Positions 33,975 through 45,638 of a stretch of DNA of 64,000 nt are shown here, piece by piece. Both the position numbers and the translations under genes were made by a program. A model generated the notes under the pieces. It was not told the origin of the DNA and did no database searches. It worked only from the letters and a program-made list of their open reading frames with translations. The DNA lies in contig CDMY01000562.1 of NCBI GenBank assembly GCA_001179505.1, forward strand, positions 186,001 to 250,000, given 5' to 3'. Each line of letters begins with the position of its first letter. Within the stretch, counting starts at the first letter, position 1. Source of the stretch: Vitrella brassicaformis CCMP3155 (lineage: Eukaryota; Protista; Chromerida).

Positions 33975-34630
33975 TCACATGAACATGGTGCGGCCTCTGC
34001 GCTTCAGAGCGTAGAGCACGTCCACGGCCGTCACGGTCTTGCGGTTGCCGTACTCGGTGTACACCACCTGAGCAGAAGGAAGGAAACACAGAGGAGGGTG
34101 GGTGCGTGAAGAGGTGAAGTGGAGTGCAGTGCAGTGCAGTGCAAATGGATGGATGGATGCACGGATAACTGACATCATGGCTTGGCTTACGGCGTCGCCG
34201 ATGACTTTCTGGAGGAAGTCTTTGAGTATGTTGCGCACCTCCTCGTACACCAGCCCGTTAATGCGCTTCACCCCGCCGCGACGTGCCAGGCCTGACCATG
34301 GATATATGGCCACACAACGCATGAAACGACGCACAGAGCACACTGTGGTGTATTCTGGTTGTTTATTGGTGGCGGAGTGTTGCATACGGCGGATGGCCGG
34401 CTTGGTGATGCCCGAGATGCAGTTGCGCGGCACCACATGGCGCTTGGTCACCTCTGCGGGGGGGGCAAACACACAGGCCACATCATCGACATGCATCAGC
34501 CAGTGCAAATACGGTTTCTTGTGGCATTCGTGCTCTCTTCTTGGTGCTTACTGCCGCCCTTCCCCACGCCCTTGCCCTTGCCGCCCATACGCGGGAGCGG
34601 CGTGCCGGGCTGTTCGATCTTCACTCTCAT
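33975..34630 (-). CDS. H4: Highly divergent histone H4 variant, 3 introns (34454-34551, 34292-34387, 34068-34190)
   Basis: Spliced: (MRVKIEQPGTPLPR)[98 protein letters not shown]. Start is at 34630 or 34588. Confidence 0.93.
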
Positions 34631-34956
34631 CCTCCTGTCCTTCAAGCGTCAACTTAAGAGGTCAGCCTGAGCACAGCAATGACTCCTCGACAGTAAGGGA
34701 TGCTGCAGCCGCTCAGCGCTTCGGTTACTCCTCATTCTTGCGCTTGCGACTTTGAGGGCGCCTCACTTTTTGATCAACGGGGGCCACTGGCAAGTGGGGG
34801 CTGAGCGAGACGGCGATCGGGGCGTCTTTTGCAGTTCTGCGTGGTCGTTGGCTGAGGAAGTGCGTGGCGGAAGTGGGGAGTGGGAAATATTGTGTTTGTT
34901 CCTGGCAAGACCGTTCCCCCTTCCCCTGAGAGACTATCACAGGTACAGCAGGACAG

Positions 34957-37900
34957 ATGGATGGTGCAGGTACACCGCTCTCCACAGCCTCTTTGCACTT
35001 CACGCAGATGGTCACCTCTTTCAATCGCGCGGCTGCGCCACCCAAAGCGGCCATCGTGATGATGGCCCTCCGGCGAGCGTCCAACATGCTCTCCCTTCCT
35101 CTGTTGCGCGGCATCGTGGTCCTCTGCCTGAACGAGGCAGCGGCCAAGCACGGGCACCACCACCACCCCGACGACTTTCCGACGTCTTGGTGGAACAGCT
35201 TCCTTGAGTTCCTTTCCTCGCTGTCGGTGCTGCAGTACATGACGCCAGTGCAGATGCTGATATGCGGTGCCATCATGACCGTCACTGGAGCCACCATGTG
35301 CTGCCTCGGGAGCCACCTGCAGAAGGCCGCCGGGCTCAACACCATGATCCCCCGGGATGGCACCTTCTTCGACCGACATGTGGGCTACATCCCCCGCATC
35401 CCCTGGAGGTGGTGGTGGGGCATGATCATCTACATCAGCGGCAACGCGGTCCACATGCTCGCACTCGCCTTCGCACCCGCCAGCGTCCTCAGCCCCATGA
35501 ACAGCGTGTCTCTCTTCTTCTCCGCCATCATCGGATCGGTAAGTTACTCACTCAGCCAGTCAGATGAGTGAGGCGGCACAGTACACATCTGTGTGTGGGT
35601 TTGGGGGTGGGTGGGTCCAGGTGATGCATGGGGAGCTGTTGGGCAGTCGGGAGTGGCTGTCCACGACGCTGATCGTCCTGGGTGTGGTCTCCTGCACCTA
35701 CGCGTCCGTCAACCCCTCTATCCACCGACACAAAAGCCTTCAGGAACAAGTAATCACGAACGAAGCAACCACTCTAAGCCATGTCCCACATCTCACATCT
35801 CACATCTCACATCTCTCTCCAGGTGGGTGCGGACTTCTTTGGCACGCCCGACCCCTGGTACGTGGCATACATGATCCTCCTCTTCGCCGGCATCCTCGGC
35901 TGTCTCGTCTGGGCCAACCACGTGGAGGCACACCACAGCCAGACACTCGAGAAGAAACTCGCACAAGAGCAGACCAAGAGGCACTCTGAACAACAGGCCA
36001 TTGCGGCAGAATCCGCTGCGGCAGCGGCCGACTTCCAAGAGTAATGAGTGAATGGCTGACATAACGCACAAGCCAGCCAGCACATATATGAGGCAAGGGA
36101 GAGTTCCGACTGTGTCTGTCTCTGTGTGTGTTGCAGGAGTGGTGCGCCTTGGGGCAATGGCGACGACCTGTCAACGTCTTTTGCGGCTGAGGCGGCAGTG
36201 TCAGGGGGGCCTCGGGTGCCCCATCCATCCCTCACCAAAGTGGCGCCCTCGGGAGAGGCGGAGCCCTCCAGGGCTGACGACACCGGTGCTGGTGTGCAGC
36301 TCGCCCCGGTGCCCAAACGGGCGTCGTCGCAGCGGTCAGTAGCCTAGCCTGGGGAGGGAGACAGACGACGCCACGCCCACACACTCCGCTGAGTCTCCTT
36401 GTCTCTCTCCCTCGGCATGTCTGTCTATCCATCGATCAGCCAGCGGAGCAACTTCCACCCCGTGGATGAGAATCAGCCGATGGACGTGTCTCGCCTGGCC
36501 CTCGAGCCAGAGGGCGTGCAGGAGGACCCCCAGTACGACCAGCAGCAGCAAGGCGACCTGCCGGAGGAGCAGCAGCCCCTGGTCAGTCACCAGGGCCACC
36601 CCGCCCAGCCGGGCATCGTGACACGCCCGCGAGACCAGGAGGTCATGCAGGAGGGCGGGGAAGCAGGAGTTGATGTGGAGAGGGGCGAGGGGGGACAGCA
36701 CAAGGAGCAAGGAGAGGGGGAGGACAAGGCGGAGGAGGAGACAGTGGGATGGCCACGGCAGCTCGGTGAGTGAGTTGTCTGTGTGTGTATGTGGGCAGTG
36801 GATAGATGGATGGACTGGACGAGGGAAGAACGTGTGTTTATGTCTGCAGGATTTGCGTATGGCTTCATAGCGGGCATGACGGGCTCCCAGACGGTGCTGG
36901 AGGTCAAACAGGCAGCGGCACTCATCGAGGTGACACTACACTGACTGCACCCAGACCGACAAAACCTGACCAATGAATGTCTTCGGTGAATGAATGTATT
37001 CCTGATTGGCTCTCAGCTGAGTTTCCGTGACCAGTCTGTGCTGTACGGCCCTGCCCTCTACTTCGCGTGTGTCGTCGTCTTCCTCTCCGCCACACTGCAG
37101 GCACCCACTCACACACTCATCCCATACACACACCACACATACCCATGGCCACATGGCAGCAATGCGTTCCCTCTGTCTGTATGTGTATGTGTATGTGTAT
37201 GTGTATGTGTGTCTCGTGCTGTGCTGTGGTGTGGTGTGGTGTCAGATCCACTACTGCAACCAGGGCATGATGCAGGGCGAGTCGACGGTGGTGCTGCCGT
37301 GCTACTACATCTCCTGGTGCGTCTTCGGCACTCTCGGCGGATTCGCAAAGTTCCACGAAATCGACGGCTTCGGGCCTAACCAAGTGGTCCTCTTCGTTGT
37401 CGGTCAGTCAGTCAATCACTCAGGGAGGAAGGGAGGGAGGGAGGGAGACAGGCATTCTTCTGTGGCTTCGCTCTGTGTTGCGTTCATGGGTGCGGGCGCA
37501 GGGTTCATCATCATTTTGCTGGGTGCCGTGCTGCTGTCGTTCGACTACAGTGTGGAAGAGCTGTGAGTGCATATGCATACCAAAGACAGACAGACAGAGA
37601 GAGAGAGAGAGAGAGGACAAGGGGGGTCGCTTCTGCTTTCGTTCAGGACATTCATCGGCCACGTCAGCGGGAAAATCGTGAGCCTCTCTCTCCCAGGATG
37701 GATGGATGGATTCAGCAAACGACATCGAGAGAGAGAAGAAAATCGCAATAACACGGCCTTGCCTTGATGTCTATGTGTGTGTGTGCATCCGTGTCTCTGT
37801 CTGCCATCAGCGCACTGGCGCCAACAAGCTTCAGGTCAGACACGCAGCCGGCAGGGAGACATGACAGGGAAATCGCTATTACCTGTCTGTCTGTCTGTCT

Positions 37901-39024
37901 GTCTGTGTATCTGATCATGGAACCAGGCGCTAGTGCCGATGGGTCTGATGCCGTTGCCGGTGCAAGTCGACAAGGAGAAGATGGTCGTCGAGTTCCAAAA
38001 CCAAAAGGAGGCAAAACTCGAGGCGCAATACAGAGGTACGTTACGTAAGGACATACGCACATCCGAACCGCATCGCATCGATGCATTGATTGATTGATTG
38101 GCTGGCTGATACATATCCGCTGCATTGCATGCAGAGTTCGTGGCATCGCTGCCCGAGGAGAAGGAAACCAAGCTCACCCGCAGCATGAGCATCTCTGACC
38201 CTCAAGACGCCAAAGGGGTCAGCCAGCCAGTCAGCCAACTTCGCCTGTTTCAGTCATAGTTTGATTGACATTTGTGTGTGTGGGGGGGGGGNNNNNNNNN
38301 NNNNNNNNNNNNNNNNNNNNNNNNNNNNNNNNNNNNNNNNNNNNNNNNNNNNNNNNNNNNNNNNNNNNNNNNNNNNNNNNNNNNNNNNNNNNNNNNNNNN
38401 NNNNNNNNNNNNNNNNNNNNNNNNNNNNNNNNNNNNNNNNNNNNNNNNNNNNNNNNNNNNNNNNNNNNNNNNNNNNNNNNNNNNNNNNNNNNNNNNNNNN
38501 NNNNNNNNNNNNNNNNNNNNNNNNNNNNNNNNNNNNNNNNNNNNNNNNNNNNNNNNNNNNNNNNNNNNNNNNNNNNNNNNNNNNNNNNNNNGCGTGTATG
38601 TCACTCACACCTATATAGGACCGTGCAATGGTCAAGGACATGACAGCCCAGGCGCGCATCAAGCTGTCCGTCGGTGACCGCAGCAAAATGTTCGGAAGCC
38701 TCAACAAAACAGAAGCGTACGTGTCGACAACAAGACGACCATGTGCACACACACGATGGACTGCTGATCTTGTGTGTCACGTATAGGTTGAAGTTCCACA
38801 GCCAGCAGCTTCCCCAGCCGCCCAAGGAGTTGGGTTACATCCACCTGGCCGACAAGCAGAAGGGCCACAAGATCCCCGGACTTGCCGACATCCAGTGGGG
38901 AGAGGCCACCCCCGCACAGCAGCAGCAGCAGCAGGAGGAGGGCCAGCAGCCCCAAGCGGCGCCACAGGGCCTCGAGGGCGCCCAGCAGCTTCAGGCGAGG
39001 CTGCTGCCGCCACCGCAGAAATGA
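34957..39024 (+). CDS. NIPA-family (DMT superfamily) Mg2+ transporter-like membrane protein, multi-exon, spans a gap
   Basis: WWWGMIIYISGNAVHMLALAFAPASVLSPMNSVSL..GELLG and HYCNQGMMQGESTVVLPCYY..TLGGFAKFHE match the NIPA pattern (WW.G..G..AF.FAP..V.PL; LN.AL..F....V.P.YY). Start may be 35086. Confidence 0.85.
38292..38591. other. Assembly gap (300 N) inside an intron of the NIPA gene
   Basis: N run after a poly-G tract. Confidence 1.
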
Positions 39025-39662
39025 ACAGACAGACAGACAGACAGATGGACGGACGAGTGGTGGTGCATATGCATGTAGCAGAATGGATGACATCCACTCA
39101 AACTCTTTTAGTCGGGCAATTCCGCCTCATTCCGCCAGGCTGTGCACGCCGGGCGGGGTCCTCTCTTTGCAACGAGTTCGATTCCAGAAAGTTTTGCCAT
39201 CCGTGTGTGGGTCATTTTTTCGTTGATCCGTTCGTTCGTTGGTGCGTCCCTCGTCATTACGTACGCGCAGATATACACAACCATATGCAGGCAGCCAGAC
39301 AGCCAGACAGACAGACAGCCCACGCAGCATGCAAGAAGGAATGTATTATCGAGCCATCCGTCCAGCTATCGTCCACCCACCCCTCCACAAGATATGATGT
39401 GTGTATCTGTCTGTTTTGCGACACGTGCGAAGCAAGCCAAGCGTGTGAGTGGGATTGTGTTGGTGTCGACACACTTGCAGCCATGCCATGGGATGGGTGG
39501 GGTGGACAGGGAGAGAGGAGGGAGGGAGGGAGGGAGGGAGGGAGACAGCCAGGCGCAGGCGCATGGCAGGCAAACCAACCATGATGATGGCACCTTAGAA
39601 GACACACCACACCCAGAGGATACATAGGATGCTTAGTTGTCCTACACACAAACGGGTGAGCC

Positions 39663-39695
<33 letters not shown>

Positions 39696-40145
39696 CGGGA
39701 CGGACAGACAACGCAGGCCAACCCAGCAACCCACACCCACCCATCCCTCCGATATGCACTACGGCCCAACTACGACCGCCCCCTGGTCACTCCACCGCAT
39801 CCATTCCCCACCCACCCGCGCCTACACACTCTCGAAGCCCTTGCCCCAGCAGAATTTGAAGTAACCCTCGTCGAAGGAGAAGACATATTCATCTACTTTT
39901 TCCGAACCAAGCGCTATATCCGAGTCAAGCGCTATTTTCGGCCGTCCGCCCTCGTGGCATATGGCCGCCAGATTGTCGTGCGAGGCGCACTTGCCCTCAA
40001 AGCGCATTGCTGGTATCTCCGGATTCTCGGTCTTCGTCGAGGCCGTACTGATCACGCAGACGTCACCGCTACAACGTTTGCGCATACGTTTCGCGATGAT
40101 GTAAACGTGTATGAGGATTTTCCGGGCCCGAGCCTGGTGGGAGGA

Positions 40146-42371
40146 TGGCGTACGCTGGCGATGACAGGGCTGCCGAATCGCTCTTCGAGCCTCGCCCAAG
40201 TGAGATCTCGCTCACCATGAGCTCTACTCGCTCTCGCACGCACATATCGGTCCCTGGTGCCACTTTCCTGCTGTGGCGATGGACGGATGGATGGATGTGC
40301 AGGTCCAGACACCAATCGTACCGCTGCTGCTGGTGCTGCTGCCGGGGCGCCAGGATCTGCCATCGACGCACCGCCAGCACCACTGTCGCTCCGCTCGCGC
40401 AGGACACGGAAGCCACAGGAGGTGAGATGGATTGGATGGATGGATGGCTGACCGTGTGTGGTGTGTGGTGTATGTGCAGGATGAGCGTGTACAGCGCACG
40501 GTTGACGAGCAGGCCCAGGCGATGCTGCCCGAAGGCCATCCTGCCATCGAAAGAGGTGCGTATGCGTTGATATCTCATTTCTGGTGTTCATCATCCTCTC
40601 TCTTGGTACTTGTCTGCCTGTCTGCCTGCCTCTTCATTCAATTGGATCCAGCTGAGCCTCAGAGGAAGGAGGGCGCCGCTGCCCGCATTCGCACTCTGGG
40701 AGGTGAGGAGAGAGGGGGGGGNNNNNNNNNNNNNNNNNNNNNNNNNNNNNNNNNNNNNNNNNNNNNNNNNNNNNNNNNNNNNNNNNNNNNNNNNNNNNNN
40801 NNNNNNNNNNNNNNNNNNNNNNNNNNNNNNNNNNNNNNNNNNNNNNNNNNNNNNNNNNNNNNNNNNNNNNNNNNNNNNNNNNNNNNNNNNNNNNNNNNNN
40901 NNNNNNNNNNNNNNNNNNNNNNNNNNNNNNNNNNNNNNNNNNNNNNNNNNNNNNNNNNNNNNNNNNNNNNNNNNNNNNNNNNNNNNNNNNNNNNNNNNNN
41001 NNNNNNNNNNNNNNNNNNNNNCCCGCATTCGCACTCTGGGAGGTGAGGAGAGAGGGGGGGGGGAGGGAGGGAGGGGGGGAGGGAGGGAGGTCGTGCGTTT
41101 TCATGTGCGTGGTCTGCGGTGCGTGTGTGTGTGTGTGGTGTGTGCAGGTGGTCTAGGAGGGTCGACGTGTTTTGAAGTCGCCGTAGCTGGGGAGATAGAG
41201 AACATACAGGTGAGTCCGCCGCAGCACATCGCGCCATCTGCCTTACCTTCCCGTCGTCCATCCATCCATCCATCCGTGTCATATGTGTATTGGAGCGAAG
41301 GGCTGTTTTGATGGGTGTTGGGTGTTGGGTGTGGTGTGATGGCAGTTGCCTGAGGGGAGCCGGTCTGCCCCTCTGGTGTGTCGATACCAACTCGTATACG
41401 GACCTGACTGGGCACTCGTCCAGGTAAGTCAGTAAGCCAACTGCACAACGATACGCACGAATGAATGAACACGCTGGCTGCCTCTCCGTGTGTGTGTGTG
41501 TGTGTGTGTGGAGGGTCCTGACTCAGGGGTCTCGCAGAGTGCGTGTGGTCCGTTGGGCGGGGGTGCGGGCGGCGCCTCTGTGGGGGCGCTCTCCGCCCTC
41601 AACCCCTTCTACGTCCCCACGCCGCCGTCGGTCGTTATCAACTTCCCATTCAACGCCGTCTTCAAAGTAAGAAAGGACGGCTAGGCTATGTGTGTGTAAG
41701 TTTGTGTGTCTGTCGATGGATGGATGGATGGATGGATGGCTGCAGGCGCAGAATGCGTTCGGGTGGCCGAGGGTGCTCGTGTGCATCTACGCTACAGACT
41801 GGTGGGTGAACTATCTGAGCGGATGGATGGATGAGAGGGGCTGGTCCCTCACTATCCACGCCCTCCCTCTACCCCTCCCTCCCTCCCTCCCTCTATCCAT
41901 CCATCCATCAGGTGCAACCGTCGCGTTATCAGGGGCTACTCGTCCGTCCACGTCCCCACTCAGCCAGGGAGGTACTGGACGACGCACTGCACTGCACCAC
42001 AACACACCACACCACACAATGATTGCAATTGACGGATGCACACTCTCCTCAGGCACGTGCGTTGGCTGCGTCTGTACTGCCCGGTGGCGTCCTCGTGGCT
42101 GTCGCGCTTCATGGGCTGGCTCACGGGCAACCGGGCGGAGTACATCGACCCAAAGACGGCAGCTCACAGCGAGGGCAGGGAAGGTACGCACATGTGTACG
42201 CCACCCCATTGTGTGCTGCGCCATGCCATGCCATGCCATGCCATGCCATTTGTGTGGGTGTGTGGGTGTTTGTGTGTCGTTTCAGTGGTGCGGGTGAGGA
42301 GCGGTGGTCGCGTCAAGGTGGTGCTCAACGTGCTGCTCAAAGACACCAAGCCGTTCAACTACTCGTTCTGA
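40146..42371 (+). CDS. B9D1: B9 domain protein 1 (ciliary transition zone) with N-terminal extension
   Basis: Spliced: FEVAVAGEIENIQ-LPE..CRYQLVYGPDWALVQ..VINFPFNAVFK-AQNAFGWPRVLVCIY..RGYSSVHVPTQPG-RH..FMGWLTGNRAEYIDPK..EGRE-VVRVRSGG..NVLLKD. Colinear with B9D1 as I recall it. 5' exons are less certain. Confidence 0.9.
40722..41021. other. Assembly gap (300 N), probably a false gap
   Basis: Sequence 40682-40721 is repeated immediately after the gap (41022-41061). Confidence 0.95.
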
Positions 42372-43241
42372 GCACAGACATACACACGGACCAACAGACG
42401 CAGACGCAGGCGTCGGTCGGTCGCACCTGGGGAAGAGGGGGCGGGGGGGGCGGGGCGGAGGGAGTGGAGCGATGCGACTACATAGCTAGCTACTCATGGC
42501 TAGGCTTCCACCGTGTGTGTGAGTGAGTGGTGTTGCATGACTGTATGACGGTGTGCAGACATCCATCCATCCATCCATGAGTCAGTCAATGGACCACTTC
42601 GAATACCTATGCTACGCGTGTGTCTTGCTCGGTTCGTCTACATGCTCGCACTGCACACACTAGTCCCTCCTCCCTCCCTGTCTATCCCCCACTCCACTTG
42701 TGCGTCCATCGATCGATCGGCAAGCTCACCCACCCACCCACCCACTCCCTCACCCACTCAGACAGACGTGCACGAGCACCATGCATCCATCCATCCCTTC
42801 ACAACTCATCGATCGCATCTCGACACCAGCTCACATTCACTGGAATGAAAACATGAAAGAAAGAACGGATGGCTGGGTGATGGCTGGGCGGCTGGGTGGG
42901 TGGGTCCGGGGATAGTCAGTGCGCGCACGCGACGCCAGGCAACGCAACGCAACGCACCGCAGCATACTGCACTCACCGCAATCACCCACCCCATGGATGG
43001 ATGGCCAAACGAAAGAAACAAACACATCGACATAATGTGAACCAGCCAGACAGACAGCAGGCAGGCAGGCAGGCAGACAGGCAGGCAGGCGGGCGGGCGG
43101 GCGGGCAGATGGCCAGGTGAGCGAGGCATCCATCGCACTAGGAGACGTCTAGTGTCACCCAGGACCACGGATCAAGTGCTGCTGCTGCTGCAGCAGCTGC
43201 TGCGATCCATCCCATCCACTGCAGTGCACTGCAGTCAGTGC

Positions 43242-43541
43242 NNNNNNNNNNNNNNNNNNNNNNNNNNNNNNNNNNNNNNNNNNNNNNNNNNNNNNNNNNN
43301 NNNNNNNNNNNNNNNNNNNNNNNNNNNNNNNNNNNNNNNNNNNNNNNNNNNNNNNNNNNNNNNNNNNNNNNNNNNNNNNNNNNNNNNNNNNNNNNNNNNN
43401 NNNNNNNNNNNNNNNNNNNNNNNNNNNNNNNNNNNNNNNNNNNNNNNNNNNNNNNNNNNNNNNNNNNNNNNNNNNNNNNNNNNNNNNNNNNNNNNNNNNN
43501 NNNNNNNNNNNNNNNNNNNNNNNNNNNNNNNNNNNNNNNNN
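43242..43541. other. Assembly gap (300 N)
   Basis: N run in intergenic DNA. Confidence 1.
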
Positions 43542-44300
43542 CACAACAATACGGTAATATATATGACACAGAGAGGAATGGGGCAAGGAGAAAGAGGGAG
43601 GGAGGGAGAGAGGGAGAGAGGGAGGGAGGGAGGGCGAAAGGGACTGCGATTGACCATCAGCCAGCCAGCCAGCCAGCCAGTAAGACAGACAGACAGACAA
43701 TCAGACAGGCAGACTTCCAACGTGGCATCATGCGCACGGTAGGTACCCTGACTACTACAGTAGCACTCCCCCGCACCGGACACGCGCCACCCAAAACTCC
43801 CCCGGCCTCCCATCCATCCATCCATCCATTCATCCGTCCGTCCGTCTGTCATGATGTTCTCCCCTGCACATAGACAGACCGACAGACTAACAGACAGACA
43901 GCCGCGGTCTAGAAAAAGAGAGAGCTAGATCAATCAAGGCAAGATATTACAGTCGGTCCATTCTCTCGTCCATTCGACTCGACTGTGTCATTCCACTTTC
44001 CGCAGCCCCCCAGTCCCTAGGCCCCCCCACCCCCCCCACCACACGAAAAACTTGCGATTTGTGCGTCCATCCATCCATCGGTCGATCCATCAGTGGCGGA
44101 CACACCACACCACACATAGCCGGCCGGCCAGACGGCCGTCGTTCTGCCTGCCGGCGACATCAGCTACACCTACACACACCGGGACCGGCCTCTACGGGAG
44201 TGCGTCGATCCATTCGTCAATCTGGAGGGATGGATGGATGGATGCCATCGATCGACCTATCTATCTATCCACACGCGATATCTAAAGAAAAGGACGATGG

Positions 44301-45605
44301 TCATCCCTTCTGCTGCCCCTCTCCCTCTCCCTGGCCCTGGCCCTGTTGCTGCTGCTGGTCCTGGTCCTGCTGTTCCTTGTCGTGCCTCTCCTTGATGTGT
44401 CGCTCCTTGTCTTCGTCTGACGGCTGGGGCGCCAGCAGCACCAAACAGCTGTATGCCGGGATGTCGAGGGCTATGGAGGCGTGCCAACCCCACACGCCAC
44501 CCACGTCGGCGTGCACCTTGGCCTGGTTGCCTGATTGACCGACCGAGATGGATGGATGGATTGATGGATGGGTGGGTGTACGTAGCGCTTTGCGTACCGG
44601 GCCCCTTCATGGTGCCGCCGTACTTCCAGTCGTCCGAGTTGAGAAGCACCTCCCACTCGCCGCCATGTGGGACACCCAGCCGGTAGCCGCCGTGCGTCCA
44701 CCCTGCACAAAGACACACACGTGCATTGGATGGGGGGGTGGGTGTGCGGCAGTGAGGTGGGAAGGGTACCCACCAGAGAAATTGCAGATGACGAGGACGT
44801 CGTTCCACCAGTACTGCCACTTGCGCAGGAATGCCACCGTCATCGCTGAGGCGTTGTCGCAGTCAACCCACTGACACACACAAACATAGACGCCAGAGAG
44901 AGAGAGAAAGAGAGAGAGAGCGCCAGCATGACACACACCTACATGTGCTCCTCCCTCCCTCCCTCCCTCGCTCGCTGACCTGGAAGCACTCCCCGTCGTC
45001 GTCTCCGGCGTGTAGGGCGGGTTGGGTTCTGTAGGTGCCCATGAGGTCGCTGACCCAGATGCAGCACTTGCTCCGGAGGTCCTCCTCGCCCTCGTGCCAG
45101 TCCACGCTCTTGCTCTCCCTCCACTCACGGCCCATCGCTATCTCGCCGCCCATGAACAGCAGCGGCCGGCCCGGCTGGCCCACCTGATACCCGTACAAAG
45201 CCCTGCAACCATCCATCCATCCATACTTGACACACACAGGGCAGGGGGCGGGGCGGGGCGGGGAGGGGGCGAGATGAGGGGGGAAAGGTGTGTGTGTGGG
45301 TGACCTTAGGGTTTTGATGCGGTCTTCGTAGGGTGCGGTGCCGAAGCAGGCGCACTTGTCTAGGAGGGAGCCTTTGCCGCTGACCACCTCGTCGTGGCTG
45401 CAAGGACGGACGGATGGATGGACGGATGGATGGATGGATGTGTGTGTCTGTGTGTGTGTGTGTTGATGGCCCACCTGAGTGGGAGTATCCACTTCTCATG
45501 ACGGTAGTACAGACCCCTGCACACACACACACGGATGGACACACATGCCTGGATGGATGGATGGATGGTCCGTCCGTCTCTCCCTCTCCCTCCCTCTCTC
45601 TCTCC

Positions 45606-45638
<33 letters not shown>

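Noticed and set aside
39822-40199. Microsatellite-free minus-strand ORF of 125 aa upstream of B9D1
   Set aside because: No recognisable motif, it overlaps the probable B9D1 5' region, and it lacks a convincing start context.
40682-41061. 40-bp direct repeat flanking a gap, suggesting exon duplication or an insertion with target-site duplication
   Set aside because: Identical sequence on both sides of a fixed-size 300-N gap ending in poly-G is typical of overlapping contig ends, so it is an assembly artefact.
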